Shown here: in pieces, positions 1 through 11,723 of the stretch
Numbering within the stretch: the stretch's first letter is position 1
Layout of the letters: each line of letters opens with the position of its first letter
The notes under the pieces: model-generated
What the model was told of the DNA's origin: nothing
What the model saw: the letters and a program-made list of their open reading frames with translations, nothing else
Database searches by the model: none
Source: Paramecium tetraurelia
Lineage: Eukaryota
Length of the DNA: 64,000 nt
NCBI GenBank assembly: GCA_000165425.1
Contig: CT868671.1
Coordinates: 67,027 to 131,026, forward strand
Direction of reading: 5' to 3'
Program-made: the position numbers and the translations under genes

Positions 1-1145
1 AATCTTTAGGTAGGATCCTTCTTTAACATTCCCTATAATAATTCAATGGCTGAGGAGGATAACTTCTTAGGATATTCAAAATTGATTTCACATTTTTCAT
101 TTAAAGATGCGGTTTCTCTGAAATCTTTACCTTCAAATGGGTACTTGCAATAGAAGATCCCATAGAATATAACACCTAAAGAGAATATATCAATTTTATC
201 GTCAAAGTTTCTATTTTAGAATAGTTCTGGAGCCATATAGCCGGGATTGAAAACCTTTCTTTTTTTTCCCTTTTCTTTGGAATCTGCACTTGCAAAATTA
301 GCAATTACAAGATTGTTTAATTAAGAGTTGAGTTATATTATGTTCTCTGGCCTGATGTCTTTGTGGATGATATTTTTTGAATGGATATGTGCCAAAGCAT
401 TTAATAACTTGAAACAGACTTCTGCCTATTTTTTTTCAGATAAACTAAAATAAATTATTTATGTTACTTCCAATACTCTGGCAATTTGGTTTTTAATGAA
501 TGGCCTAAGAATTTGTCAAATAAAATATAGACAGTATTGCTGTCCTCATAAACTTCTAATAATTTTTAGATTTAAGGATGATTTAAACGACGCAAAATTT
601 AAATTTCTCTTATAACTTATTTTGTTTGCGTTATTTGAGATTTTTCTAAGATTTTGACCTAATATTGCTATCCATTTATACATTTATAGCAATCATAAAA
701 GTTAAGCGAATTCTTAATCTTACCCATTAATTTATGGCGTTTGTTAAAATTGGGCAATAGACAAAGTCTTTTCAAGTAGTCATGCCTAAACTCTATGGAG
801 TTAGTACCATTAATTTAGTTATTCAACCGATTCGGTATATAATAACAACCTATACGGCCCTTTTAAGAAGCCTAATCCATATTTGTGTGGTCCATAGGTC
901 TCAGTTGGTTTCAGCCTTCTTATCTACACTCCGGGCAATTGCATGTAATATTAGCCTTTACACAGCACTTCGGGATAAAGATCGTAATTATCTTCAACCC
1001 ATACATTTCCAGTGAACTCAAAAAATTTACCTTTATAGAGCAATCTATCGGCATGAAGTGGTTGTTGTAATGGTTCCCAAAATGTTACCGATTGCTCACG
1101 ATCGAAAATACTTGTAAAGCTTTGATAATTAGGTTATTATTTCAT
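1..1145 (-). CDS. PH-like plus CAMK-type kinase-fold protein, probable pseudokinase (3' end runs off the window)
   Basis: Ciliate-code translation from ATG 1145 with two ~22-24 nt introns: ...YQVKILEK...REIQILRRLNHP...IIHKDIRPENI...VIANFASAD...PGYMAPE...DIFSLGVIFY...LKKDPTQR. Confidence 0.85.
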
Positions 1146-1553
1146 AATTATTTATAAACCTATTTAGAAATAACTATTAATCAGGCTTGATAAGATAAAT
1201 AATAGCGGAAACAAGATACTTTATTAATTATGAATTTACAGCAATAATGAATTGTTAATTAAATAAATTTATAGTATTTAAGATAGACTTGGACTCAAAA
1301 ATATAGATATAAAATATTTCTAATTACTATTAATTATTTATTGATTATCTTCACTGTTTTACTTTCTAACACTAAATCTTGTCGTAGCTTGTCTAATTTA
1401 AAAGTTTTAAAGTAATCACTTGAAATGGATGTATAATTCTGATTTTTGGGAAGGATTGAATGTACTTATCAATTTTCACAATAAATATTTATTATTATTC
1501 AGTGTATTAAATATCATTAACAATTAACTGATTATAATATTTTATTTTATATA

Positions 1554-2672
1554 ATGTATTATGCTCCTTCCAGACCTGTAGAAATTGAAAAGTTTCCAAA
1601 AGGATACATAAAACCGACTGGATAAAACTTAGAATTTCTCTAACGACCTCCAGAAGATAATCGTAGAATTTAAGATTATTATGGAAAAGCTGAAGATCTG
1701 CCTGTTCAATAAGATAGACTATAAAAGGTCATTATACAAGGAACTTCTGAATAACCTGAATAATCACCATAAGAGAAAAAATAAGAAAATGGATAAAAGG
1801 AAAACCCAAACCAAGACTAAGACCAAAATGCTGGATCTAATGTCAATCCTTAAAGAGTGGTACCTCAAGACAAATTTCAAAGTGCTCCTTATAATACTAT
1901 ATTCACCGATGAAAATATTTATAAGCCGGTAGGAACTCCATAGAATTTTGCATAAAGCATACTGCAACCTCAAGAAAGTAGAATATCTCATTCAAATCCA
2001 AGGGGAGATAATAGACGATATGTGCATGGCTTCAGAGGATTTTCTTAAGATTTTTAAGAACCAAGTCTTGGTTATTTTCCTTAAGATTTTAGAAGTATCC
2101 CTTCTGAGGAACTAGGGTTGCCTCTATCAGGATATAGAAGGATGGCTCCTCCTGGAATATTAAGCGATTACAGGAGAGGAATACCAGAACCAATATTAAG
2201 TAAAAGAAATTATGGGAGAGAATTGAGAGGTGAATGTTCATATAGAGTTATTCCAGTAACTGATTTTAGAAGAGGACCTCCTGTGGATTATCATGGACTC
2301 CCTCCAATGTTGAATGAGAGAAATGTTTAACCATTCGATGATAGAGGATATCCATATTACGATTATGATAGATAGAGATTTGACCCTCCATTTGAATAAA
2401 GAACATTTTATGACCCTCGAGCTGTTCCTCCTCCTGATTATTATGTGCCTGAATATCGAGGATTTCCACCTATCGGAATGTCAAGAGAGTTCAATGAGAG
2501 AGCCAATTATTACAGGAGTCTACCTTATTAGGATAGACTATACCCTCCTTCATATGGGAGAATCAATTAGTAGATAGTGATGGAGGGGAGACCAGATTAC
2601 AACTATGATAGATTTTATCCGCCATATGAGGAAGGAGGAAATGGATAAAATCAGAGGATCAAATAGGTTTGA
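1554..2672 (+). CDS. Hypothetical low-complexity Pro/Tyr/Arg/Asp/Gly-rich protein, 372 aa, intronless
   Basis: Open frame ATG 1554 to TGA 2672 with TAA/TAG read as Gln: MYYAPSRPVEIEKFPKG...DFRRGPPVDYHG...DDRGYPYYDYDRQRFDPP... Confidence 0.75.
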
Positions 2673-2921
2673 ATATTAATAAATATTTATTATGCACTTT
2701 TTGGTTGATTCTTAGTGGCTAGATAATGAATAATTCTTGAAAACAAAATAAAATTAATGTTATTATTTTAAAGTTGGTCTAATTGTTAGATTTAATTGTA
2801 TATTTGAAATGGGGATATGGGAAAGAGTCATAAGAAGAGTAGGAGATGGGGAATGGAGGAGGAAGGATTATTAATAATATAAAATTATATTGGAAAATGA
2901 GTATAAATGAGGAGCTCGATC

Positions 2922-2930
2922 CGTTTTTAA
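2922..2930 (+). promoter_or_regulatory. Candidate trichocyst-gene promoter element CGTTTTTAA
   Basis: 13 nt upstream of the T4-like ATG; an identical 9-mer lies 16 nt upstream of the T1-like ATG (55057-55065, minus strand). Confidence 0.35.
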
Positions 2931-2943
2931 ATTAATATTAAAA

Positions 2944-4123
2944 ATGTAAAAAATAGCTCTCTTAGCTTTGGTTCTTGCTGTGACTGCTGCAAAGTTCATA
3001 GATACCCATACCACATTAGCTTAAATCAATGCTGACCCATTCGGACACGTTGTCTTGAGTGCCATTAAGGCTCACCTCTAAGCCTCTACACCTGCCAATG
3101 AAGTTAATATGTTATTGAATGGTGTTGGTGCTGGACTCGTTTAAGACTAAAATGACCACGACCACGCATTTGAACTTGACACCACAACCAACAACAGAGT
3201 ATGAATATTAAAATATAGTAGATCGTTGAAGATTTGGAGAAGGAAATCTTGTATCACTAAAACTAAATTGCTTCAAATACTTAATTGAGAGATGACACTA
3301 TCGAAGCTCTTGCCGTCTCTGAAGAAGATATCAGAGTCACAATCTCAGATATTGCTAACAACGAAGCTACCTATGCTAGAGAGGAAGCCACCAGAAATCA
3401 ATAACACGAAACCTTCGTTGCCAAGGTTGCTGCCATTGATGATGTTATTGACGCTATCGATGAAGCTTCTAAACTCATCTAACACCTCAGTCTCGGAGCA
3501 TCATTTGCCTAACTCAAGTCCAAATACGATGTCCTCCACAAGAAGCTCTCAGATAACACTTCCCACACTGCCTTGTTACAAGTATCCTTCTATATCTACT
3601 CTCCTAGCCAGTTATCACTGCTCTTACCGAATTAGCCACCCACGGAGTCAACCAAAAGGCTTTGACCAAGATTGCTTAATTATTGAGCGAAATCAGATAA
3701 TAATTAGTCTCAGAGAAGGCTGCCAAGACAGTATTCATTCCATTTAATATTCAAGGACGTCGAGGATAGATAAGCTGCTCACTGGGCTGAATTCAGCGTT
3801 CACTTGAGTAACGAACACACTAGATTGGTTGAAAGAAAAGCTTAATTGGAAGTCTAAATCTAAGAATAAAAGGACACCATTGAAGATGCTTAATCATGGA
3901 TCGAATTCCACACTCTTGAATTAGAAAACAGCGAAGAAAGACTTGCTGGATAATAAGCTTGGTATGCAGTCTAATCAGAAATCTATGAAACCTAAACTGC
4001 TGAAAGGTATCCTTACTCATCTAATCCTCTAGAACTGCCTAATAAGAAATTGTTGACAGACTCTAAGAGCACATCAGTGAGAAGTTATCCACCACTGCTC
4101 AATTCATCGCCAGCAGAAATTGA
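2944..4123 (+). CDS. Trichocyst matrix protein precursor, T4-like
   Basis: Signal peptide MQKIALLALVLAVTAA, then LAQINADPFGHVVLSAIKAHLQA...IVEDLEKEILYHQ...SFAQLKSK...EDRQAAHW...; resembles the Paramecium T4 TMPs; four tiny introns; C-ending codon bias of highly expressed genes. Confidence 0.88.
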
Positions 4124-4297
4124 TTTGATTATCATAACATAGATAAATATTGGATAACATACAATGTTAATTATTTTCTAGCCTTATATTCTATTTCATT
4201 TTCAAATCACTCTCAATTTATTTATAATCTGATTTTACAATATTTCGAGATTAAAATAAAGTATTCTTACTAAATTATTATTGGAATTAAATAATTA

Positions 4298-5977
4298 ATG
4301 AGAATATTTATGGGATTTTGCAAAGGGAAATCGATTCTCCTCAATGATTCCTAAAAAATAGCCAAGTACTTGTCTCTTTGTTAATCTACCCCTGTGTCGT
4401 ATTAAGGCATTAAATAATCAGTAGGATATTAAAGTATTCTTAATGCATAATTCAATTTCATTTAATTTAATACATCCATTTTCCCATCATTTGCTTCTTT
4501 GATAACGAGGGATCTTAAACAATTAGAAGAGTAAGAGTTTAACTCATTTCTCTAATCAATTAATAACTATTTATAAGTAAGTCAATTCAACAAAGAATAT
4601 GATTAAAAAGTTTATGAAAGAATTGTATAATTAATTTAGCAACATGGGAATTATGTACAAAATGCAGTTATGTATTTTCATATGAAATATTACTTTTCAA
4701 AAGAGTAAAATAAAGAATTAGACAAAATAACACTAAATCATTAATCAAAACTTGCGGTTTAAATACCATAAACTATAGAAGAACAAATATGGAAACTCTT
4801 TATCCAATTGATTCAATTATAGAATTCATAAAAGGTAGAAGATGATAAAAAATTAATTGAATCCGAGACTAAAATTATGAAAGAATTTGCTCAATACTTT
4901 GAAGCTATTGCTGTCTAAACATAACAGTTTTCTCTTGCTAGTAAATTAATCATATTGATTATTAATGCCAAATTGAAAAAATATGTATTTTAATTTATGT
5001 TAATTTAGCTTTAAAGATGCGACGAAAAGACTATTTAACTAATGCTATTAGTTTACAAACTATGTTAGAACGATTTAGATTAAAATCTATCTAAGCTTAA
5101 CTTTTACGAATTATATAACTATATGCAAACACTTTAAGAGAATTAGGATGTTCTAATCTAAATCAGTTGGGACTAAGTTATTAATAACATATTTGAAAGG
5201 AATTTAAATGAAATTACGATAATAGAGATAATAGGTCTATTGGAATTTCTGGTTCCACATAAAAAAATTGACCAACTCAGTGGGAAACCACTTAATTCAG
5301 TAATAAAAATATTATATCAATATAGATACTTATATCAAAATTTAAATCTTATAGATACTAAATATTACTCTAAGATTTATTAAATACTGTCAGTCGTAGA
5401 AACTGATTATTCTGAGAAGTTTCTGCAAAGGCTTACTTAAAAAATCAATCCAAAATTATGTACAGTGTCTGATATTTCAAATATTTTGACTATTTTAACT
5501 TAAATGAATAAGATTGACAAAGAAATTTTGGAAAAATTTTTAATAAGTGTAAAGACGAAATTTAAGGATATAAAGGCTGAAAATTCATTTGGTATATTAT
5601 TTGCCATTAATTCCCTCTAATTACAGAACCCTTAAATTTTTTAATACATCAATGCAATTAAGATGAAGGATGATTAGGAAATACCTTTATAATTGTAAAT
5701 TTTGCAATATCATCAATTACATGATCCAAAAAATCAAAAGGTGCAAATCATATAAAAGAATCTATTAAAATCCCTTTAAACAGAATATAATGAATTGTAT
5801 TTAGAAATGTTTATTTAAATACTTGTGAATGCCAATTAGCAGACTAAAAAGACGATAGCAATCATCCCAGAGCTGAAACCTTATGTGGCAAAATATTTAT
5901 AAAAATTGAATGATTCCAATGTGTTAGTTTAATAAGAAATCATGTAGTTTGTGATTTCCCAATATAACATTAAATGA
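4298..5977 (+). CDS. Hypothetical helical protein (~550 aa)
   Basis: Long frame open under the ciliate code from ATG 4298, intron near 4985-5008, ends ...VISQYNIK TGA; no recognised domain. Confidence 0.65.
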
Positions 5978-6019
5978 TATTTTGATTGTAAATAACAAAT
6001 AAAAAATAATGTTTCAAAA

Positions 6020-6740
6020 TCAACAGCAACCTGAAGACTTTTCTGGTTTAACCACATCGGTATCTGCAACAACAAACTTAGTAGGTTATGGAGTTGGTTT
6101 AACAACCTTAGCCGATTTATAAATTTCTTTAAGTATTAAACTTTATTATTACATTGTAAAATGTTTTTGAAGGCATCTTCTACATTCGTTCCATCCTTTG
6201 CACTTGTCTCAATAAATGCTACTCCATTGCGTTAAGCGTAGGCAATAGCACAATCAGTAGCAACCTATCGGATATGCTTTTAATCGGTTTTATTGCCAAC
6301 AATCATAATTTATAATGAAGGGTCTGCATTTTCTTTCAATTCCTTATTTAATCGCTCCAATAATTACTTTCATCCATTTATCAACATTTTCGAAAGTTAA
6401 TGACTTGGTAATATCGTAAATAATCATCGCTCCAACTGCTCCTCTATAATAAGCTGATGTTATAGCTCTGTATCTCTCTTGGCCGGCTGTATCCCAAATT
6501 TATGCTTTTACAGTTTTATCATCAATCATGATATTCTTGGATGCAAACTCAACCTAAATTGATGGTAAATTTAAGAGAATACTCCTATAGTGGTTTTGGA
6601 ATCTTGCAAGAATTCGCCTCTTGTAAATTAATTGAGAATGTTGGTTTTCCCGACGCCAGAATCCCCTTGAAATATAATTGAATTATACCTATTAAAACTA
6701 ATTTGTAAAGTAAATCATAGTCTTCAGTTCTATGTTGCAT
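6020..6740 (-). CDS. RAB11: Rab11-family small GTPase
   Basis: [20 protein letters not shown]...SKTTIGVEFASK...[27 protein letters not shown]...GNKTD...ETSAK, C-terminal GCC prenylation motif; four tiny introns. Confidence 0.93.
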
Positions 6741-6961
6741 ATAATTGGATGGAATAAATAAAAATAATATTTTAAAGAATAATTTATAATCAGAGCTAAA
6801 ACCTTTAAATATCCAAGAAATCATAATTTTTATAATTGCTTCATGTCCTTCATTTGATGTTAAGGGGATACGTCAAGGTAAAACTGGTTTTTATAATGTA
6901 GGATAACAATTTATAATTTTAATATGAATCAAGTAAAAATATCCATTTCAATCCAAATAGT

Positions 6962-9900
6962 TCAATCAAATGTTACTTCTTTACTCAAAATTTAAACTAG
7001 ATGCTTATTTCTCGCAATTTATTCCTTTGAGAAAATCAAGAGAGTCTATTTCACAGTTTTGATTACTGCTAGAAACTATTTAGAAATTATAAAAATGATC
7101 ACTGAAAAGAGGATTAGCAATGCTATCAAAACAAAAACAGCCATTAATATTGCTTACGTATTGGATTGCTCATTATTTTGCTTTTAAGTTTTAAATAGAT
7201 AGTCTCTGTTTTTATTGAATTATGGGAACACAAAACCATAAGCTATTATGATATCTAAAAAATCAGTATCTTGCATTATTTATTGAATTCCCAAAGAGAA
7301 ATCAGAATATTCCGATTGCATTATCCTTAATTAATTCTCAGTGGAAACAACAAATTTTGAATAACCCTCTTGTATACTGTAAGGACACTTATGTCCAAGT
7401 TTATTCATGGGAGCAATTTCATCCATTTCGCAGATGTTATTATTCACCATATATGTTAATGATGATGAATCATGAGTTTCATCAAAAGGAAGTTCAAATA
7501 GGAATTGATCTTGATAAGTTTAAAACCACGCATCGAATTCATTAAATGTTGTAGAATCAATATTATTCTATGGATTAGCATATTATTGAATGAAGTAAAC
7601 TAGTCTGTTGCTAAATGATAGCTAGGTAAGTCCTAACTTATAGAGATCCTAATGAAATGCTATTAATTAGTCAACTGAATTGGAAAATATTTGGTAATAG
7701 GGAACAAAGTATAGCAATTCTAGAGCTCCCAATAGAATAATGGAGATTAATTGTTTTGCCCAAAAAGATTACTTCAATTTGGTATCAAAAATTCTCTATT
7801 CATTTTTTAAGACCTACTAGGCCTGCTTCTCTAATTTAATTACATTGTATTTCATGTGTTGTAATTCATCAATGATTAGTAGATTATGTGTCTCCCTTTC
7901 TTATTAGACGAGAGATTATTACAAATTTTGGAATAGGAAATATGTTCTGACAATGGAAACTCTCCATTTAGCAATCGAAATTTCTGCAAAGCCAATTAAG
8001 ATTACGATTAGTAGACAAGATAATAATCCTGTGATAACATAAATCAAGGCAATATCTAAGGCTGCATTTTTAGTATCAGTCATCTCATGATCAGTGGAAT
8101 TAATTAGGTTTGAGGCCAAATTAAAGTAGATGGGATAATTTAATGTGAAATAACTTTCTTCCATGTGCATAATATTAAAATTGGATTATTCAAATGCAAC
8201 TACTTCAGTTATTCTATGGAACAATAAAGGCAGAGAATCTACCAGATAGCGTCTTGTATTAAATGTGATGTATTCATAAACCCCAAAATTAGAAAATGTA
8301 TGATTGATCTTAATAGGGGTTTATTCTAAATTTTACAGGAATTCTGGGTTTATGTATTAACGATTATTGACAGTTTGAACATAATTGATATAATCATCGG
8401 TTGAGTTTTCGATGTAAAATTATGGTGCACCAAAGGTAGAATTGATTGCAAGTAAATGAATTGCAATTTCAACCAAATTGATATCCTATAGCAATGTTAT
8501 TGAAAACTGCCCAGCACTGGAATCTAAATAGATATGATGTAGTTGATTCTATAATTCAGTTATACTCAAAACTATTAGAATAAGAAGTAGAACTATGTAA
8601 AATATAGCAATTACTAGGATGCCATAAAATTAATGAGGATTAGATTGAATCATCCCATTGACCACATGATTAATCAATCCTTTCTATGAATCTGTGCTTC
8701 TTATTGATGATGATTGTTATTCCAAATTTAATTTATTAAGCGATGCTTTTTTATACGTAGTAAGTTTCTACTTATAGTTCTTTTCTATTTAGCCTTTTTT
8801 TAATCTCAACATAGACCTAATCCAATCAGTTTATTCTTTCAAACACGATTCAGATAGATCTTTGATTGAAATTTCCATTTGCACTTACACTTTCATTTCC
8901 TCTGGGGAATCTATCTCTATCTCATCTTCATTCCCTTCAACTACTTTCTCTTGATGTGATATGGTTTGGATATTAGCCAGATTTTAATGAATTAACAGTT
9001 AACTTTCTCTTTTAGAATCCCTAGCACTGAGATCATTCAATCTCCTACTTGAAAGCAAATAATCTTAGGTTTAAAAGGAATTGGCAATCATGGAGGAATG
9101 ATTAACTTAGTTGTTCTTCTATTCTATCAGTACTTCATTTTGTTCTAACCCCATGAATTGGTAGAGTTAGACAGTCTATGGTTCTTATTAGATGTGAATG
9201 CTCTCATTGCTAATAATGAAATCTCCATCATCGATCTCTTATGAATTACTCTTATGACTATGAGGAGCTTGTACATTTTATTTGATATCAGGAATTATGG
9301 ATTTAAAGGAAGTGTAACTAGTAAAATAATTTTCTTATGAGATTTGGTTGTTCAACATAACTTGCTTTAGCATTAATTCAAGGGCTATCATCTTTAATTC
9401 CAGGTCCTTAATTTCAGTGGATTAATAAATGAAGAGTGTTTCAAATTGCAAATTACCGTCATCATATATGGTAGTACTGAACTTGTAGATTGAAAAGAAC
9501 ACATAACATTTTTTTGGACATTTTAGGAAGTACTTATAAAACGCTACTTAATCAAGTTTACTTGTTGATATTGATTTTTATACTTAATCCTATTTGACTA
9601 AATTCACCCTTGGAATCAGTATGAATCCATCATTTACTTCATTCATGCTCGAACATTTTGGTATGCACAATTTCAAATTGATATGCACTTTATTATGGGA
9701 TTTTAATATTTTATCTAGATGCAACTATTACGCAGCCAGTTCCGAATAAGAATAAATAGTACCGAGACTACTCAATAGAATCTTTCCGTATGTTTCTTCC
9801 TATTTATATCCCATAATCGTCATAAATGTTAAATATTCCATACTTTAACCGAGTCTGACAAGACTATCTATTTATCTCAAGTATCCCTTGTTTGTATTTA

Positions 9901-11650
9901 TGAAAAATTGTTAAATTCCATTGTTCAACAACCTTGGTTTGCCTTCATGTATTAATCTCTATAAAAATATATGGTGAACCTCTTTGAATGGACTTGATAT
10001 CAATTTATCAATGTACTGTCCCACAAAGTCAGACTTAATACCATTTTCTTGAATATTTAACATGTATACCTTCCATTATTGAAGTGAAGAGCACTGAGTG
10101 ATTAATCATAATCAGTCCTTTATCATATTTGCATTACACATAGCAACATTGCCTATCATTGAGAGTTGACCAAAGAGAATCAATTTAAATAGTCATCAAA
10201 TTATGATTTACTTCTATTTACTTTAGTTTTTCTTCTTGAAATGTAACTATTGAATATAGAGCCTATACTAAATTCTATGTAACACAAGATTATGGATTTA
10301 GTTTTAGAATATGTTGTAATTAAGATTCGCACTTTTCGTATAAACTGATATACTGAAGCAATCGATTATGATACAAATAATAGAGTGGATTTTAGTATTG
10401 GATGGTGAACATTGTTAATATCTGTTGTCTTTGATTCAATAGCTTCACAATCATTTATCCTACCTATTCAACTAAATTGCAGTATGTGTAATAAATATAA
10501 CTATTAAGTCTAACACCTTCTATTTTAGACTATAATTTATGATAAAACATATCCCGGTGACCTTAAATTCGAAATTAATACGGAAATATCGTATAGCCAA
10601 AGAATGTAGTTTTACTCAGCTTGGAACTTCTGATCAAGGTTTCAAAGAGTTTATCATTTCTGTATTCGATTTCGATCCTGCTTAACAAGAGAAGCTTTGA
10701 GTTAATTTTATAAATACATATTCCTCTGAATCTTCCATCTTCGAGAACTTATACAATCTCACGATTTCACAAAGAATTTCATTAAGACTTTATCTTAACA
10801 TAGTTTTTGGACTCTTCCACGTTTCCTCTTTATTAATCGAAATTTCCTTGTTGCAAAAGCACTCAGGACGATTGCAATCCTTGGAATGAGTTACAAGTAT
10901 TTGAGATATGTACAGCAATCCTATATACAGTCCTAATTGATATGTGAATTGCAATAGGATCATTGAACTCAATTTGAAGGGTTATTCTTGCAAAACGAAT
11001 TAGATTTTATGGTGGATGTACTTGTTCAAAACGACGATGGATAAAAATAAGAGGAGAGGGACTACTAGCAAGAGGTCTGTGACTTGAATAAAAAACAGCA
11101 TCAAAAGTACAATAAAACGAGTCATTGATATTAAGGTTAGGGTTTAAAATTTGATAAATTCTTAATTTGTGACAATTGATAATCCAAAAACTTACAGAAT
11201 TATAATCCCATCATAGACTAGTATGCATATGAGGAATACAAATTGGCTCAGGTGATGTATTGAAAATGCAATTAGGATAAAAGTATAATTAAATATTTTA
11301 ATAGCCTTATAGATTTGAATTTCTCCAATTCTTTCGGTATAGCATAATAGTATTATCGTGAGCAATATGATAAGGAGCACATTAAATAAGCTCGCGACAT
11401 CCAGCTGTTGATTTTGAATCAAAATTGGTAAAGCAATCTTAAAATGGTGATGATACCAAAATCGAAATAATGTTGCCTTTGGGTAATAGAATGCAAACAT
11501 AATGAACGCCGTAATGAAAATGCAATTATATATGATTGAATTAAGCGGATCTAAATATAGGTTTATTCCTGTTGCTTCAAGTGTAAACAAGATTTATATT
11601 AAAATTTCTTCAAAATAGTTACTCTGATTAATAAACAATAAAATTTTCAT
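6962..11650 (-). CDS. Large polytopic membrane protein with central PAS-like domain (~1562 aa, apparently intronless)
   Basis: The track fragments 11192-11590, 10790-10972 and 7919-8170 all share the frame of ATG 11650. N-terminal TM bundle, HSKDCNRPECFC motif, PAS-like DFVGQYIDKLISSPFKEVHHIFLQRLIHEGKPR, C-terminal TM pairs. Confidence 0.82.
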
Positions 11651-11723
11651 TAAAATAAATAATATCTGGTATTTTGATTTGAGTCTTTGCCAATTTTTGT
11701 ATAATATAAATATTATTAATTAA

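Noticed and set aside
6835..6910. Imperfect hairpin upstream of Rab11, possible ncRNA
   Set aside because: Short wobble-rich stem with no convincing box motifs; explainable as promoter DNA.
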